Shown one piece after another: positions 1 to 8,758 of a DNA stretch of 64,000 nt. The translations under genes were made by a program, and so were the position numbers. The DNA comes from an uncultured Muribaculaceae bacterium (GTDB taxonomy: Bacteria > Bacteroidota > Bacteroidia > Bacteroidales > Muribaculaceae): the NCBI GenBank assembly GCA_910589055.1, contig CAJURN010000003.1, positions 84,200 through 148,199 of the forward strand, read 5' to 3'. Every line of letters starts with the position of its first letter. Position 1 is the stretch's first letter. The notes beneath the pieces were generated by a model, which saw only the letters and a list, made by a program, of their open reading frames with translations, did not search any database and had not been told where the DNA came from.

Positions 1-2
1 TT

Positions 3-464
3 TCGGGTCAGGGAATTGCCGGGACGCATGTTCAGGCTCAGAGCGGCATTGCGTCCTGTGGCTTCGCTGCGGTAGAGGATGTGATAGCGCTCCTGTCCGA
101 AACAATCGGCCACTGCGGTGGCAGACTTCGCAACAGGGTCGCCGGAATAACCGGGTGTGAGACGTTCCTCAACGGTTACATCGAATCCCGAAATCTTCAC
201 GGCGATGCTGTATGCCCCCGATTCGGTAACTCCTTCAAGGGCAGTGCGCAGGAAGGTCACGCTTCCGTCGCTGTTGCAGGATACGGTGATTTCGGGCTCG
301 GCATGTACTGCTCCCGCAGGATTGCAGTCGAGATTTCCAGCATAGAGAAAGGTACGGACGGCGCCCTTGCGCGCAGGCATGGCACATGCTGCCACAATTG
401 CGGCGGCGATGACACTGAGGAATACATAAAATTCCACAGTCTGAAATATTCCGGCTGTTATCAT
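3..464 (-). CDS. Hypothetical protein with N-terminal membrane anchor, truncated by the window edge
   Basis: Not in the ORF track. Manual translation from ATG 464 reads MITAGIFQTVEFYVFLSVIAAAIVAACAMPARKG... with no stop to the window edge. Hydrophobic N-terminus; divergent from comF. Confidence 0.7.
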   Translation of the reverse strand, partial: MITAGIFQTVEFYVFLSVIAAAIVAACAMPARKGAVRTFLYAGNLDCNPAGAVHAEPEITVSCNSDGSVTFLRTALEGVTESGAYSIAVKISGFDVTVEERLTPGYSGDPVAKSATAVADCFGQERYHILYRSEATGRNAALSLNMRPGNSLTR

Positions 465-510
465 AGTGTAAAGATAGTCATAAAAACTCATACCCGACGG
501 GACTTAGGCG

Positions 511-1230
511 ATGGAAATTGTCAAAATAATAAAAATGCTGCTTAATGGCGCCATTTCCGCAGGCGTTCCGCCACGCTGTCTCGTATGTGGCCGCGAACTG
601 ACGCTTCAGGAGCGTTTTGTATGTCTTCATTGCCTGTTGGCTCTCCCGAAAACAAGGATGTACTACGTCAATGGCGACAATTCCGACTTGCTCGACCGTC
701 TGGTGGGCGTCCCGATGCCACGGCATGCAGCCTCGTGGTTCTTCTACGACCGCGATTCAAAGTATGCCTCGATAATCCGCGACGCCAAGTATAACGACCG
801 GCCCGACCTTATGCGTCATCTCGGACGTTGCTTCGCCGAGGATGCCGTGCGCTCCGATGCTTTCAGCGGAGTGGATGTGCTCATCCCCGTGCCGATGTAC
901 GGGCGTAAGGAGATTCGCCGCGGATTCAACCAAAGCGAATACGTCGCGCGTGGAATTTCCGATGTCACCGGTATCCCTGTTGGCGACAACCTTGAGGCCG
1001 TCCGGGGACATTCCTCACAGACAAGGCGCTCAGCCTCGGAGCGCCGCCGCAATATCGCCGGGAGTTTTCGCGTTGAGTCTCCCGCCGAACTCGATGGCCT
1101 GCATGTAGCCATCGTTGACGACGTTATAACCTCCGGAGCCACCATCGAGGAATGTATCCGCACACTCGTCGCCCAAGCCCCGGGCGTCTCCGCCTTCAGT
1201 ATCTACTCCCTCGGCCTCGCCCGCCACTAA
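511..1230 (+). CDS. comF: ComF family protein (zinc finger + phosphoribosyltransferase domain)
   Basis: CxxC...CxxC, RGFNQS motif, PRPP-binding motif IVDDVITSGAT. Confidence 0.9.
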   Translation: MEIVKIIKMLLNGAISAGVPPRCLVCGRELTLQERFVCLHCLLALPKTRMYYVNGDNSDLLDRLVGVPMPRHAASWFFYDRDSKYASIIRDAKYNDRPDLMRHLGRCFAEDAVRSDAFSGVDVLIPVPMYGRKEIRRGFNQSEYVARGISDVTGIPVGDNLEAVRGHSSQTRRSASERRRNIAGSFRVESPAELDGLHVAIVDDVITSGATIEECIRTLVAQAPGVSAFSIYSLGLARH

Positions 1231-1244
1231 ACACTCCCCAAACT

Positions 1245-2801
1245 ATGCCCTCCACCTCACGAAACTTTGTATTTAGAAAATATATGACTCCGGCAGTCGT
1301 AATATCTTTCGGCGTGTCATTGATGCTGTGGGCAGGATATTATTATTTCCCGTGGGTAGCAGATGACCTTTATTACAGGATGCGTTTCCGCGATTATTTT
1401 ATTAATGGAGGGGATATTGATTGGGCGCAGGTATGGGAAGCCATGAAGTGGCGCCACTTCAATGATAACAGTCGTTTGGCATCGTTTGCCATGCTGTGCC
1501 TTCAGTTTCTGCCAAAGATGTTGACATCATTTCTTTCTGGTGTGGCATCTTATTTAAGCATCTTGTTTGCCGCCAGACTGTCGGGCGTGGACAAATCCGT
1601 GTCTAAAAGCCTGCTTGTAGCTTTATTGTTTGTTGTCGCCATGCCGTGGGTCGACCAAATGTATGTCCTTCCGTTTCAGATGGCATACCTGTGGGGAGGG
1701 GCGTTCGGGCTGGTTTTCACCTATGTGATTCTTGAGAATAGGACACATGTGTGTAAGATATTCTTATTTGCGATCTTTCTCGGAGTCTGGCAGGAGGCGA
1801 TTGGATTTCCTGCGTTTGTTGCAGTTGTTGCGATGTATGTTTTCTATCCGAAATACCGCGACAGGCGTACACTTGCAGCTATTGCAGGACTTCTTGCAGG
1901 CCTTGCATGGCTATATCTTTCGCCCGGAGGTCAGTCCTATCGCAGTCAGCCTTCGCCTCCGTTTTCATTCCGCTTTGATATACTTGCCGTCTTTGCAGTT
2001 CCTACGGTCATCTTCCTCATTTTTTGTTTGACGGGGCTTTTTGTATTATGGCGCAAACGCCGTATGCGTTCGGTGGATTTGTCGGTATATGTTTTTCTGT
2101 TGATTGCTTCGCTGACATCTGTGGCTGTAATGCTTGCTTCCTGTTTCGGCCCGAGAGTAGGGTGGTTCGGTGTGCTTACGGCTGTTGTAGGTCTTGTCAA
2201 AATGCTTGATGACTGCTTCCGATGCAGATTGTCAAAAGCTGTCAGGAATGTACTTTCCGGGTGTGCCGTAATCTTTATTTTCGGGCATCTTGCATTTGTG
2301 GATTTGACGAGTTACAGAAATAAATTGATGTATGACTCTGTGGTTCAGTCCTTCCGTGCATATCCTGAAAAAGCAATATATGTCCCGATGGAGATGCGGA
2401 ATGAAGCACCGTTGATGGCGTTGCAGAAGCCGTATTTCGGGTTATTCACAAAATGGCATACGGCGGTGATTGTGTCGGCTTTTCATGCTCCTGCGGGACA
2501 CGAATCTGATGTGATGAAAGTCCTTCCGGCCCGTCTAGAGGATTTTTCTCCTGAAAGAGCCCGGAAATTGGCCGGAGACAATGGTTTCTATTCATATAAG
2601 AATCTTGTGGTAGGGCCGTATGCAGGCGCGAGTCCGGCATCGTTTAAGATGAAAGTCGGCTCACAGACGAAGGATATTTATTATGTTCCGTTCCAAACAG
2701 TTGATTCTCTGTCATTCGGATGGTATGTACCCAATGCAAGCACTTTGGAGTCGCTGTTCCATCCGATACCTGAATCAATGGAATTTATTTCAGGCCAATG
2801 A
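1245..2801 (+). CDS. DUF6056-like polytopic membrane protein (putative GT-C fold), paralog 1
   Basis: Many TM segments; ADD after TM1, NDNSR, YLW, WQE and SPG motifs. Start placed at ATG 1245, downstream of the comF stop (track start 1152 overlaps comF). Confidence 0.65.
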   Translation: MPSTSRNFVFRKYMTPAVVISFGVSLMLWAGYYYFPWVADDLYYRMRFRDYFINGGDIDWAQVWEAMKWRHFNDNSRLASFAMLCLQFLPKMLTSFLSGVASYLSILFAARLSGVDKSVSKSLLVALLFVVAMPWVDQMYVLPFQMAYLWGGAFGLVFTYVILENRTHVCKIFLFAIFLGVWQEAIGFPAFVAVVAMYVFYPKYRDRRTLAAIAGLLAGLAWLYLSPGGQSYRSQPSPPFSFRFDILAVFAVPTVIFLIFCLTGLFVLWRKRRMRSVDLSVYVFLLIASLTSVAVMLASCFGPRVGWFGVLTAVVGLVKMLDDCFRCRLSKAVRNVLSGCAVIFIFGHLAFVDLTSYRNKLMYDSVVQSFRAYPEKAIYVPMEMRNEAPLMALQKPYFGLFTKWHTAVIVSAFHAPAGHESDVMKVLPARLEDFSPERARKLAGDNGFYSYKNLVVGPYAGASPASFKMKVGSQTKDIYYVPFQTVDSLSFGWYVPNASTLESLFHPIPESMEFISGQ

Positions 2802-4369
2802 AAGTGTTTAATAAGGTAAGTCCTGCGTGTTTAGCGTTGCTGACAGTCTCAGTGCTGTTGGCAACTGGGTTCTATGTATTTCCCTGGATTTCAGATGACA
2901 TCAATTTCAGAATCCTTTTCAGGGAATACTTCGCCGGTGAAAAGCCTATGACGCTTTCGTGGGTATGGGAGCATATATGCTGGCGCTATCTCAACGACAA
3001 CGGACGGTTTGCCAATGTGGCTATGGTGGTGGGAATCACCGGCCCTGACTGGCTTCTAAAAACAGGCTCGTTGATTGCCGCCTTTGTGTCGTTGCTCTAC
3101 GGCTTGAAAATTGCCGGATGCGAACGGTCGTTCAATGCTGCGGCACTCTTCGCGTTTGGATTCATCGTTGCGATGCCTTGGCAGGATTCGTTATATGTGA
3201 CCGATTTCCAGCTCAATTATCTGTGGAGCGGAGCCTTAATGCTTGTGTTCTTGTACATGTTCCTGTTTCGTCGTGGCAATATTATGGCATTTTCTGCTAT
3301 GGGGCTGTTGCTCGGTTTGTGGCAGGAATCCTGCGGCTTCCCCGCTTTAATAGCGGTAGCTGTTATAGGCACATTCTTCCGGCCTTACCGCGACAGGCGT
3401 ACATTTTTGGCTGTCGCGGCCTTGATTGCCGGGCTTTGTTGGCTGTATTTCTCTCCGGGGGCGATGCGTTACCGGACATCCGCGCCTGCATCGTTCAGTT
3501 TCAGGATTAATATACTTGCAGTCTACGCCGTGCCTCCAATGCTGTTTTGGATTTGGGCTGTATTTAACCTGCTTAAAGGACGTTTTACCCGCATGTCCGA
3601 GCAAAAGCAAGCCGGACTTGTTGCTATGATTGCAGTGTCGGTGGTTTCCACCGGCCTGATGTTTTATTCCTGTATGGGACCACGCGTGGGATGGGCTGCT
3701 GTCCTGACATCCTTGGTCGGCATGCTCAGTCTTTTTCATCAATCCCGCATACTTGCTTTATTCACTCGAAAATCGCGAAGAATACTTGCATGGATATTGT
3801 TCGGTTTTACAGTGCTGCATCTGGGGATCGTTGATGTGTACTCGTTTAAAGAAGGTCGCACGTACCGTAATATTATTGAGGAGTATATGTCCGACCCCGA
3901 CAAGATACAGTTTGCCGACCTTTTGCTACGCGAGGAACTGCCGCTTTATTGTCTACAGAAGCCGCATCTCGGTGCGTTCTCGCATTGGGCCAACATCAAT
4001 ATCCAGTCATATTTCTATCGCGCCGACGGCACACGAATACGTGTGGTTCCGCAGCGATTGCGAGATTTCGATAAGGCTGCAGCCCGGCTCATAGACGGCT
4101 CCGGTGATTTCTATGAGTGGAAAGGACTTGTTGTAGGTCCTGTGCTGTACGATAATCCTTCGGTGGCAAGAAATATCCATGCAGATTATGGGCGTGGATT
4201 ACATCAGGTGGATTTTTTCACGACAACCTTCCCCGACAGTGCAGGTGTGATGTATGCGTGGTATTATCCTGATGCCTCGACATTGGAAACTTTATTCTGT
4301 CCGGTTCCTCGGGAAATGGTTCTGTGTCACTCGGAGGGGGTGACGGAGACGGTGGCGGAGGAGGATTGA
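2798..4369 (+). CDS. DUF6056-like polytopic membrane protein (putative GT-C fold), paralog 2
   Basis: SDD, NDNGR, NYLW, WQE, SPG motifs; colinear with the upstream paralog; ATGA start/stop overlap. Confidence 0.65.
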   Translation: MKVFNKVSPACLALLTVSVLLATGFYVFPWISDDINFRILFREYFAGEKPMTLSWVWEHICWRYLNDNGRFANVAMVVGITGPDWLLKTGSLIAAFVSLLYGLKIAGCERSFNAAALFAFGFIVAMPWQDSLYVTDFQLNYLWSGALMLVFLYMFLFRRGNIMAFSAMGLLLGLWQESCGFPALIAVAVIGTFFRPYRDRRTFLAVAALIAGLCWLYFSPGAMRYRTSAPASFSFRINILAVYAVPPMLFWIWAVFNLLKGRFTRMSEQKQAGLVAMIAVSVVSTGLMFYSCMGPRVGWAAVLTSLVGMLSLFHQSRILALFTRKSRRILAWILFGFTVLHLGIVDVYSFKEGRTYRNIIEEYMSDPDKIQFADLLLREELPLYCLQKPHLGAFSHWANINIQSYFYRADGTRIRVVPQRLRDFDKAAARLIDGSGDFYEWKGLVVGPVLYDNPSVARNIHADYGRGLHQVDFFTTTFPDSAGVMYAWYYPDASTLETLFCPVPREMVLCHSEGVTETVAEED

Positions 4370-7300
4370 GGGGGGCGGGTGACGCGGATTTGGACGGGGA
4401 TGCGCTCGCGGAGTTCTTCGACGTGGCTTATAATGCCTACGCGTCGCCCTCCGCGGCGGTGGAGACTTCTGAGGGTCTCGACGGCATCGGAAAGCGGTTC
4501 GCCGCTGAGGGTGCCGAATCCTTCGTCGATGAAAAGGGTATCCACGGCGAGTCTCGAACCAATATCGGCAAGTGCGAGAGCCAGCGAGAGCGACACCAAA
4601 AAACTCTCTCCGCCTGATATGTTGCTTGCCGGACGTGCCGCGAAGCCCTGGTAAGAATCCTCAACCATGATTACGAATGTGCCCGGAACCCCACGCAGGC
4701 GGTATCGGGGCATGAGTGTGGACATATAGCGGTTGGCGCTGTGGATGAGGTTGGCAAGAAGGTAGCTTTGTGCGATGGAGCGGAATGTCTTGCCTGTGGC
4801 GTCGCCGAAAATATTGCATAGACGTTGCCATTTGGAATTTTCCTCGCGCAGTGGAGCTATCGCCGCTTCCGACTTGGCACGTCGGGCGATGGCGCTTTCA
4901 TTCTCGGCTATGCGGCTGTTGGCCGAACCGATTTTCTGCTCACATACTTTTATTTCGGCGTCGATGCTTTCAATCATCTGCCGCAGGTCGGTCTCGGAAT
5001 ATTCCTCACATTCGGTGGGACGGTCGGGAATGGATTCGGAAAGCTGGGCGCGACGTCCTGCGAGAGAACGCACCTCGCCCACGAGACGGTCGGCCTCCGC
5101 GGAGGCATTTTCAAGTTTTTTACCCTCCGGAGCTTCGGGCTGTATAAAATCGTCGGGCATCGTAGCAGCCACATCAGCCAAATCCTTTTCAATTGCTGCC
5201 GACGCCGTGGATTGCAGTTCAATTTCGTGGGATAGAGCGGCTAAGGCGTCTCGCAGTGCGTAGAACTCCGCGGCTTTCTCAGTAAGAACCTGTGCTGCCT
5301 GAGCAGAGCAGGGAACAAGACCCTCAGGAAGTGGGAAACCTTTAAGTCGCCGCTCCACCTCGTTGCGTCCTGCAGCGGCTGATTCCGTAGATGCAATTAT
5401 GAGAGCCTTAGACGAAGTAATCTGTTTTTCAGTATCCTCCAGTCCTGCGATAAGGGTGTCCAAAGCGTTGCGGAGATTGTCGAGATTCTTGTTTGCGGCG
5501 GCAATGCGCTTCGATATTTCGCCAATCTCTTTTTCAACTTTTTCACCCTCCTTGAGTGCAGTTTCAAGATTTTCGGAGGAACGGGCTAACTGTTCAATCC
5601 CCTCTGCTGCGGCCGAGGCTATCTCCGTGGGCTCTTTGGATGCGATTCCCGCCTGAGACGCCTGTGTGAGCATTACTGAAAGGCTTGCTTCGGCCTTCTT
5701 ATATGCTCCGGCGAGAGTACGTGTGTCCGATTCAGTCTGCTTCTCGAGCACGGAAATGCGGGTGCGGCTCTCTGATATGGCGTTGCGACATTCGTCCATC
5801 TTGCTGTCAATCTCGGCAACGGCATCCCTGAGCGGAATGACAGCCTCGCGCATTATTTCCTCTTCCGGAGGAAAGGCGTTTTCAATTTTGCGTCGGCACA
5901 CGGGGCATGTATCTCCCGGCACAAGTGAACTGCGCATGGCGCAGGCCCAGCCGTCGACCGAAGCCTTCGCTTTTTCAAAATTCTTGTGCAGGCTGTCCCT
6001 GAGCGGAGTAAGGGTTTTCTCGCTTCTGAGTGCCGCTTCAAGAGCAGCTCTGGCTTTCCCGAGGGATTCTTTGTTGGCGGCAAGCATTTTCTCAGCCTCA
6101 GCCTGTGCTGCGAGGTCGGTGAGGTGACGTTCCGAGCAGGCAACAATGGTTTCGAGAAATGCTTTTGAGCGAATGTTGGCGGCAATTCCGGCGCGGACCT
6201 TCGGCAGTGCCGTGTATGCAGGGGATGTCGACAGCAGTTCGAGTTCGGCTGTAAGCTCCCTCGAAACTTTTGTTGCGTCGGCAACGAGCGCGCGCTGCCC
6301 CGCGATGTCTTTGACGCGGTTTTCCCGGAGTTTCTCGAGTCGGGAAATCCGGGCTTCCAAATCGGTTACGCGCTTTTCAGCCGCAGCGACGTCGGAAATC
6401 AGCTGGCATGTGTGCTCCCGACCCTCGAAGACTTCCTCATGCTCCCGACGGCGTTCAAGTTCGGCCTCGTCCGCGGCTTGTTTGGTTTTGAGTTCATTAA
6501 GATGGCTGAGCGAGAACGCGAGATGCGATGCAAGTCCTTCATAAACAGGTTTCAGCCCCTGTACGTGTCGCCCTATGTCTTCGAGGGCGGCCTTACGTTT
6601 GCTCTCGGCAGCAAGCCAATCAGCAGCCGCACGCAGATGTTCGCGGCGCTTCGTGAGTTCCGAAGAGCGTGCGGCGCTTTCCTTTGCCGCCGATTCAAGT
6701 TCTGCCACTTGGTCGGGACTGAGCACCGGAATGTTCTCAATGCCTGCCATCGCCATGTGGAGGGCGTTTTCCTTTTCGCTTGCAATACGATATATCGCCG
6801 CACCGATGCGTGAATAGCGGTCGACGCCGCTTATCTTCTCCAATATTGCAGCCTTGTCGGCATCGGAGCTGTTGAGAAAACGAGAAAATTCGCCCTGCGC
6901 GAGTATCGTGGTGCGGGAAAACTCATCGAAATCAAGTCCTACGGCGAGCTTTATCTCCTTTTCAATGAGCGAGTCACCCTTGATTAAGTACGGCTCTTTG
7001 CCGGGTTGAAGTTTGGTGAGAGTCCACAGTTTCGCCTGCAATTTTCCTGAAACCTTCTTTCCGGCACGGTGGCGCGACCATTCGGCTATGTAATCCACAT
7101 CGTTAGTCCCGGTGAAGCTCAGCCGGACACGCGTGAGTGCTGTTCCGCGGCGCATGAGTTGAGCCGTGTCGCGCAGACGTACCTGCGAATCCCCCGCATC
7201 GGCGAGCACACCCTCCATGCGCACGTTTTTGAGTCGTGGGGTAGTGCCGTATAAAGCCAGGGATATGGCATCGAGCAGAGTTGTCTTGCCTGAGCCTGTA

Positions 7301-7410
7301 TCGCCGGAGATAAGGAACACATCGCATCCGCTGAGTGGTGCTTGGGAAAAATCCACCACGGCGTCTTCGATGGATGCAAGGTTATGTATTTCAAGAGTTT
7401 TGAGCTTCAT
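4327..7410 (-). CDS. sbcC: SbcC/Rad50 SMC-like ATPase
   Basis: Walker A GDTGSGKT, Q-loop AQGEF, long coiled coil with CPVC zinc hook, ISGGE signature, Walker B LFIDEGFG. Confidence 0.95.
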   Translation of the reverse strand: MKLKTLEIHNLASIEDAVVDFSQAPLSGCDVFLISGDTGSGKTTLLDAISLALYGTTPRLKNVRMEGVLADAGDSQVRLRDTAQLMRRGTALTRVRLSFTGTNDVDYIAEWSRHRAGKKVSGKLQAKLWTLTKLQPGKEPYLIKGDSLIEKEIKLAVGLDFDEFSRTTILAQGEFSRFLNSSDADKAAILEKISGVDRYSRIGAAIYRIASEKENALHMAMAGIENIPVLSPDQVAELESAAKESAARSSELTKRREHLRAAADWLAAESKRKAALEDIGRHVQGLKPVYEGLASHLAFSLSHLNELKTKQAADEAELERRREHEEVFEGREHTCQLISDVAAAEKRVTDLEARISRLEKLRENRVKDIAGQRALVADATKVSRELTAELELLSTSPAYTALPKVRAGIAANIRSKAFLETIVACSERHLTDLAAQAEAEKMLAANKESLGKARAALEAALRSEKTLTPLRDSLHKNFEKAKASVDGWACAMRSSLVPGDTCPVCRRKIENAFPPEEEIMREAVIPLRDAVAEIDSKMDECRNAISESRTRISVLEKQTESDTRTLAGAYKKAEASLSVMLTQASQAGIASKEPTEIASAAAEGIEQLARSSENLETALKEGEKVEKEIGEISKRIAAANKNLDNLRNALDTLIAGLEDTEKQITSSKALIIASTESAAAGRNEVERRLKGFPLPEGLVPCSAQAAQVLTEKAAEFYALRDALAALSHEIELQSTASAAIEKDLADVAATMPDDFIQPEAPEGKKLENASAEADRLVGEVRSLAGRRAQLSESIPDRPTECEEYSETDLRQMIESIDAEIKVCEQKIGSANSRIAENESAIARRAKSEAAIAPLREENSKWQRLCNIFGDATGKTFRSIAQSYLLANLIHSANRYMSTLMPRYRLRGVPGTFVIMVEDSYQGFAARPASNISGGESFLVSLSLALALADIGSRLAVDTLFIDEGFGTLSGEPLSDAVETLRSLHRRGGRRVGIISHVEELRERIPVQIRVTRPPQSSSATVSVTPSE

Positions 7411-8584
7411 TGTCGATTGATTCTACTGCTTCGGAAAATAAGGTGCGGAGGTCGTCGGGAAAATCTATGCCTGCGTCGGATGTGTAGCGCTCGGCAAGTT
7501 CGAGCGGCGAAAGAGCCTGAAATTCGGCCAATGTGTAGCTGCGCGAGCTTTCACCGGTCGTGGAAGCTGCCTTGCGTCGGGCATTTATTCGGCAGAAGCG
7601 GCAGGCTTTGCCTTCGAGCGCGGAGGCGATTGCCGCATTTGCCTCGGCAGGAAGGAAGTCGTCGATTTCAACGTTCAGGCGCAGGTAACAGGGCAGGTCG
7701 GAGGGAAAATCCTTGAGCATCCGCAGGCCTTCATCCCAATCGGTGAAGCCATCGGCGGGCACGCTAACGGGCGGACATAAATCGTTTACGGCCACTTCCT
7801 CGACAAGCGGATTCTCTCCGGGCGTCAGAGTCACGATGCTCACCGAGTGGGAGAAATCCTCGTCGAAACTCACTGCAAGCGGAGTGCCGCAATATCTTGC
7901 TCCAGGAGTGTGCTTGCGAAGCGTGTGCGGAACATGGATGTGGCCCAAAGCGAGATAGTCGAAGCCGGAGCCGAAAGCGCTCAGTGCCACCGAGTCGATT
8001 CCGCCGACGGTTTTCTCCGACGCGCCTTCATGGCCTGAGAAGCGGCAACCGCTCACGGTGGTATGAGCCGACAGCACCACCGGCAAGCCATCGGGATTTC
8101 GGCTTTCGACGCGCTGCAGCAGCCTTGTGTATAGGTCGTCGGGCATGTTGCGCTCATGCACGTAAGGCACGGCGGCTATGAAGCCACGCCCCTTTACCTC
8201 CGTGATAAGGCGGTCGAGAGCCGAGTCGTCAGTGTCCGCGGAGGAGAGACAGGGTAGAGTGCCGATGACGTTTATTCCAAGCTCGCGCCAGGGTGCGGAA
8301 TAAACCTCGTGGCGCGAGGCGCTGTCATGGTTTCCGGCAGTAATCACGATGGCAGCCTCCGGACATTTGTGGCGAAGATTCAGCAGAGCATCGGCGAGCA
8401 CGCGTTGCGCCGCCGCCCCCGGCGTTGGGTTGTGGAACACGTCGCCGGAAACGATTATGGCATCCACATCGTTGTTCCGGGCTATATCCGCGATTTGGCT
8501 CAAAGCATTTTCCTGCTCGGGCAGGCGGTCGTAGCCATAGAAATTAAGTCCGATGTGCCAATCGGAGGTATGGAGGATTTTCAT
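7391..8584 (-). CDS. sbcD: SbcD/Mre11 nuclease
   Basis: HTSDWHIG, SGDVF, GNHD and LGHIH metallophosphoesterase motifs; overlaps the sbcC start. Confidence 0.95.
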   Translation of the reverse strand: MKILHTSDWHIGLNFYGYDRLPEQENALSQIADIARNNDVDAIIVSGDVFHNPTPGAAAQRVLADALLNLRHKCPEAAIVITAGNHDSASRHEVYSAPWRELGINVIGTLPCLSSADTDDSALDRLITEVKGRGFIAAVPYVHERNMPDDLYTRLLQRVESRNPDGLPVVLSAHTTVSGCRFSGHEGASEKTVGGIDSVALSAFGSGFDYLALGHIHVPHTLRKHTPGARYCGTPLAVSFDEDFSHSVSIVTLTPGENPLVEEVAVNDLCPPVSVPADGFTDWDEGLRMLKDFPSDLPCYLRLNVEIDDFLPAEANAAIASALEGKACRFCRINARRKAASTTGESSRSYTLAEFQALSPLELAERYTSDAGIDFPDDLRTLFSEAVESIDNEAQNS

Positions 8585-8589
8585 AAGGG

Positions 8590-8597
8590 CAAAGATA
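8590..8597 (-). promoter_or_regulatory. Bacteroidetes -7 promoter element for sbcD
   Basis: TATCTTTG on the minus strand, 5 nt upstream of the ATG. Confidence 0.6.
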
Positions 8598-8680
8598 CGG
8601 ATAAAAATTTATGTAGAAAGTCTGATATGCCCTGTATGACATTTTTCTAAAAAATATTGTGTAATTATAAAAAATAATTC

Positions 8681-8688
8681 TAAATTTG
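8681..8688 (+). promoter_or_regulatory. -7 promoter element for the adhesin genes
   Basis: TAAATTTG in an AT-rich divergent intergenic region. Confidence 0.6.
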
Positions 8689-8758
8689 CCGCTGAATACT
8701 TTGCAAATTGTCTTTTCCGCGAAAATTTATCAATCATTAAAACCTCATATTAGTTAGT

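Noticed and set aside
81..545. 154-aa plus-strand ORF
   Set aside because: The minus-strand frame from 464 has a better start, a promoter-like element and a membrane anchor. This ORF also overlaps comF.
4327..8584. SMC ATPase + nuclease as a defence system (Wadjet/Lamassu type)
   Set aside because: Canonical SbcCD motifs including the zinc hook, with no kleisin or effector partner genes.
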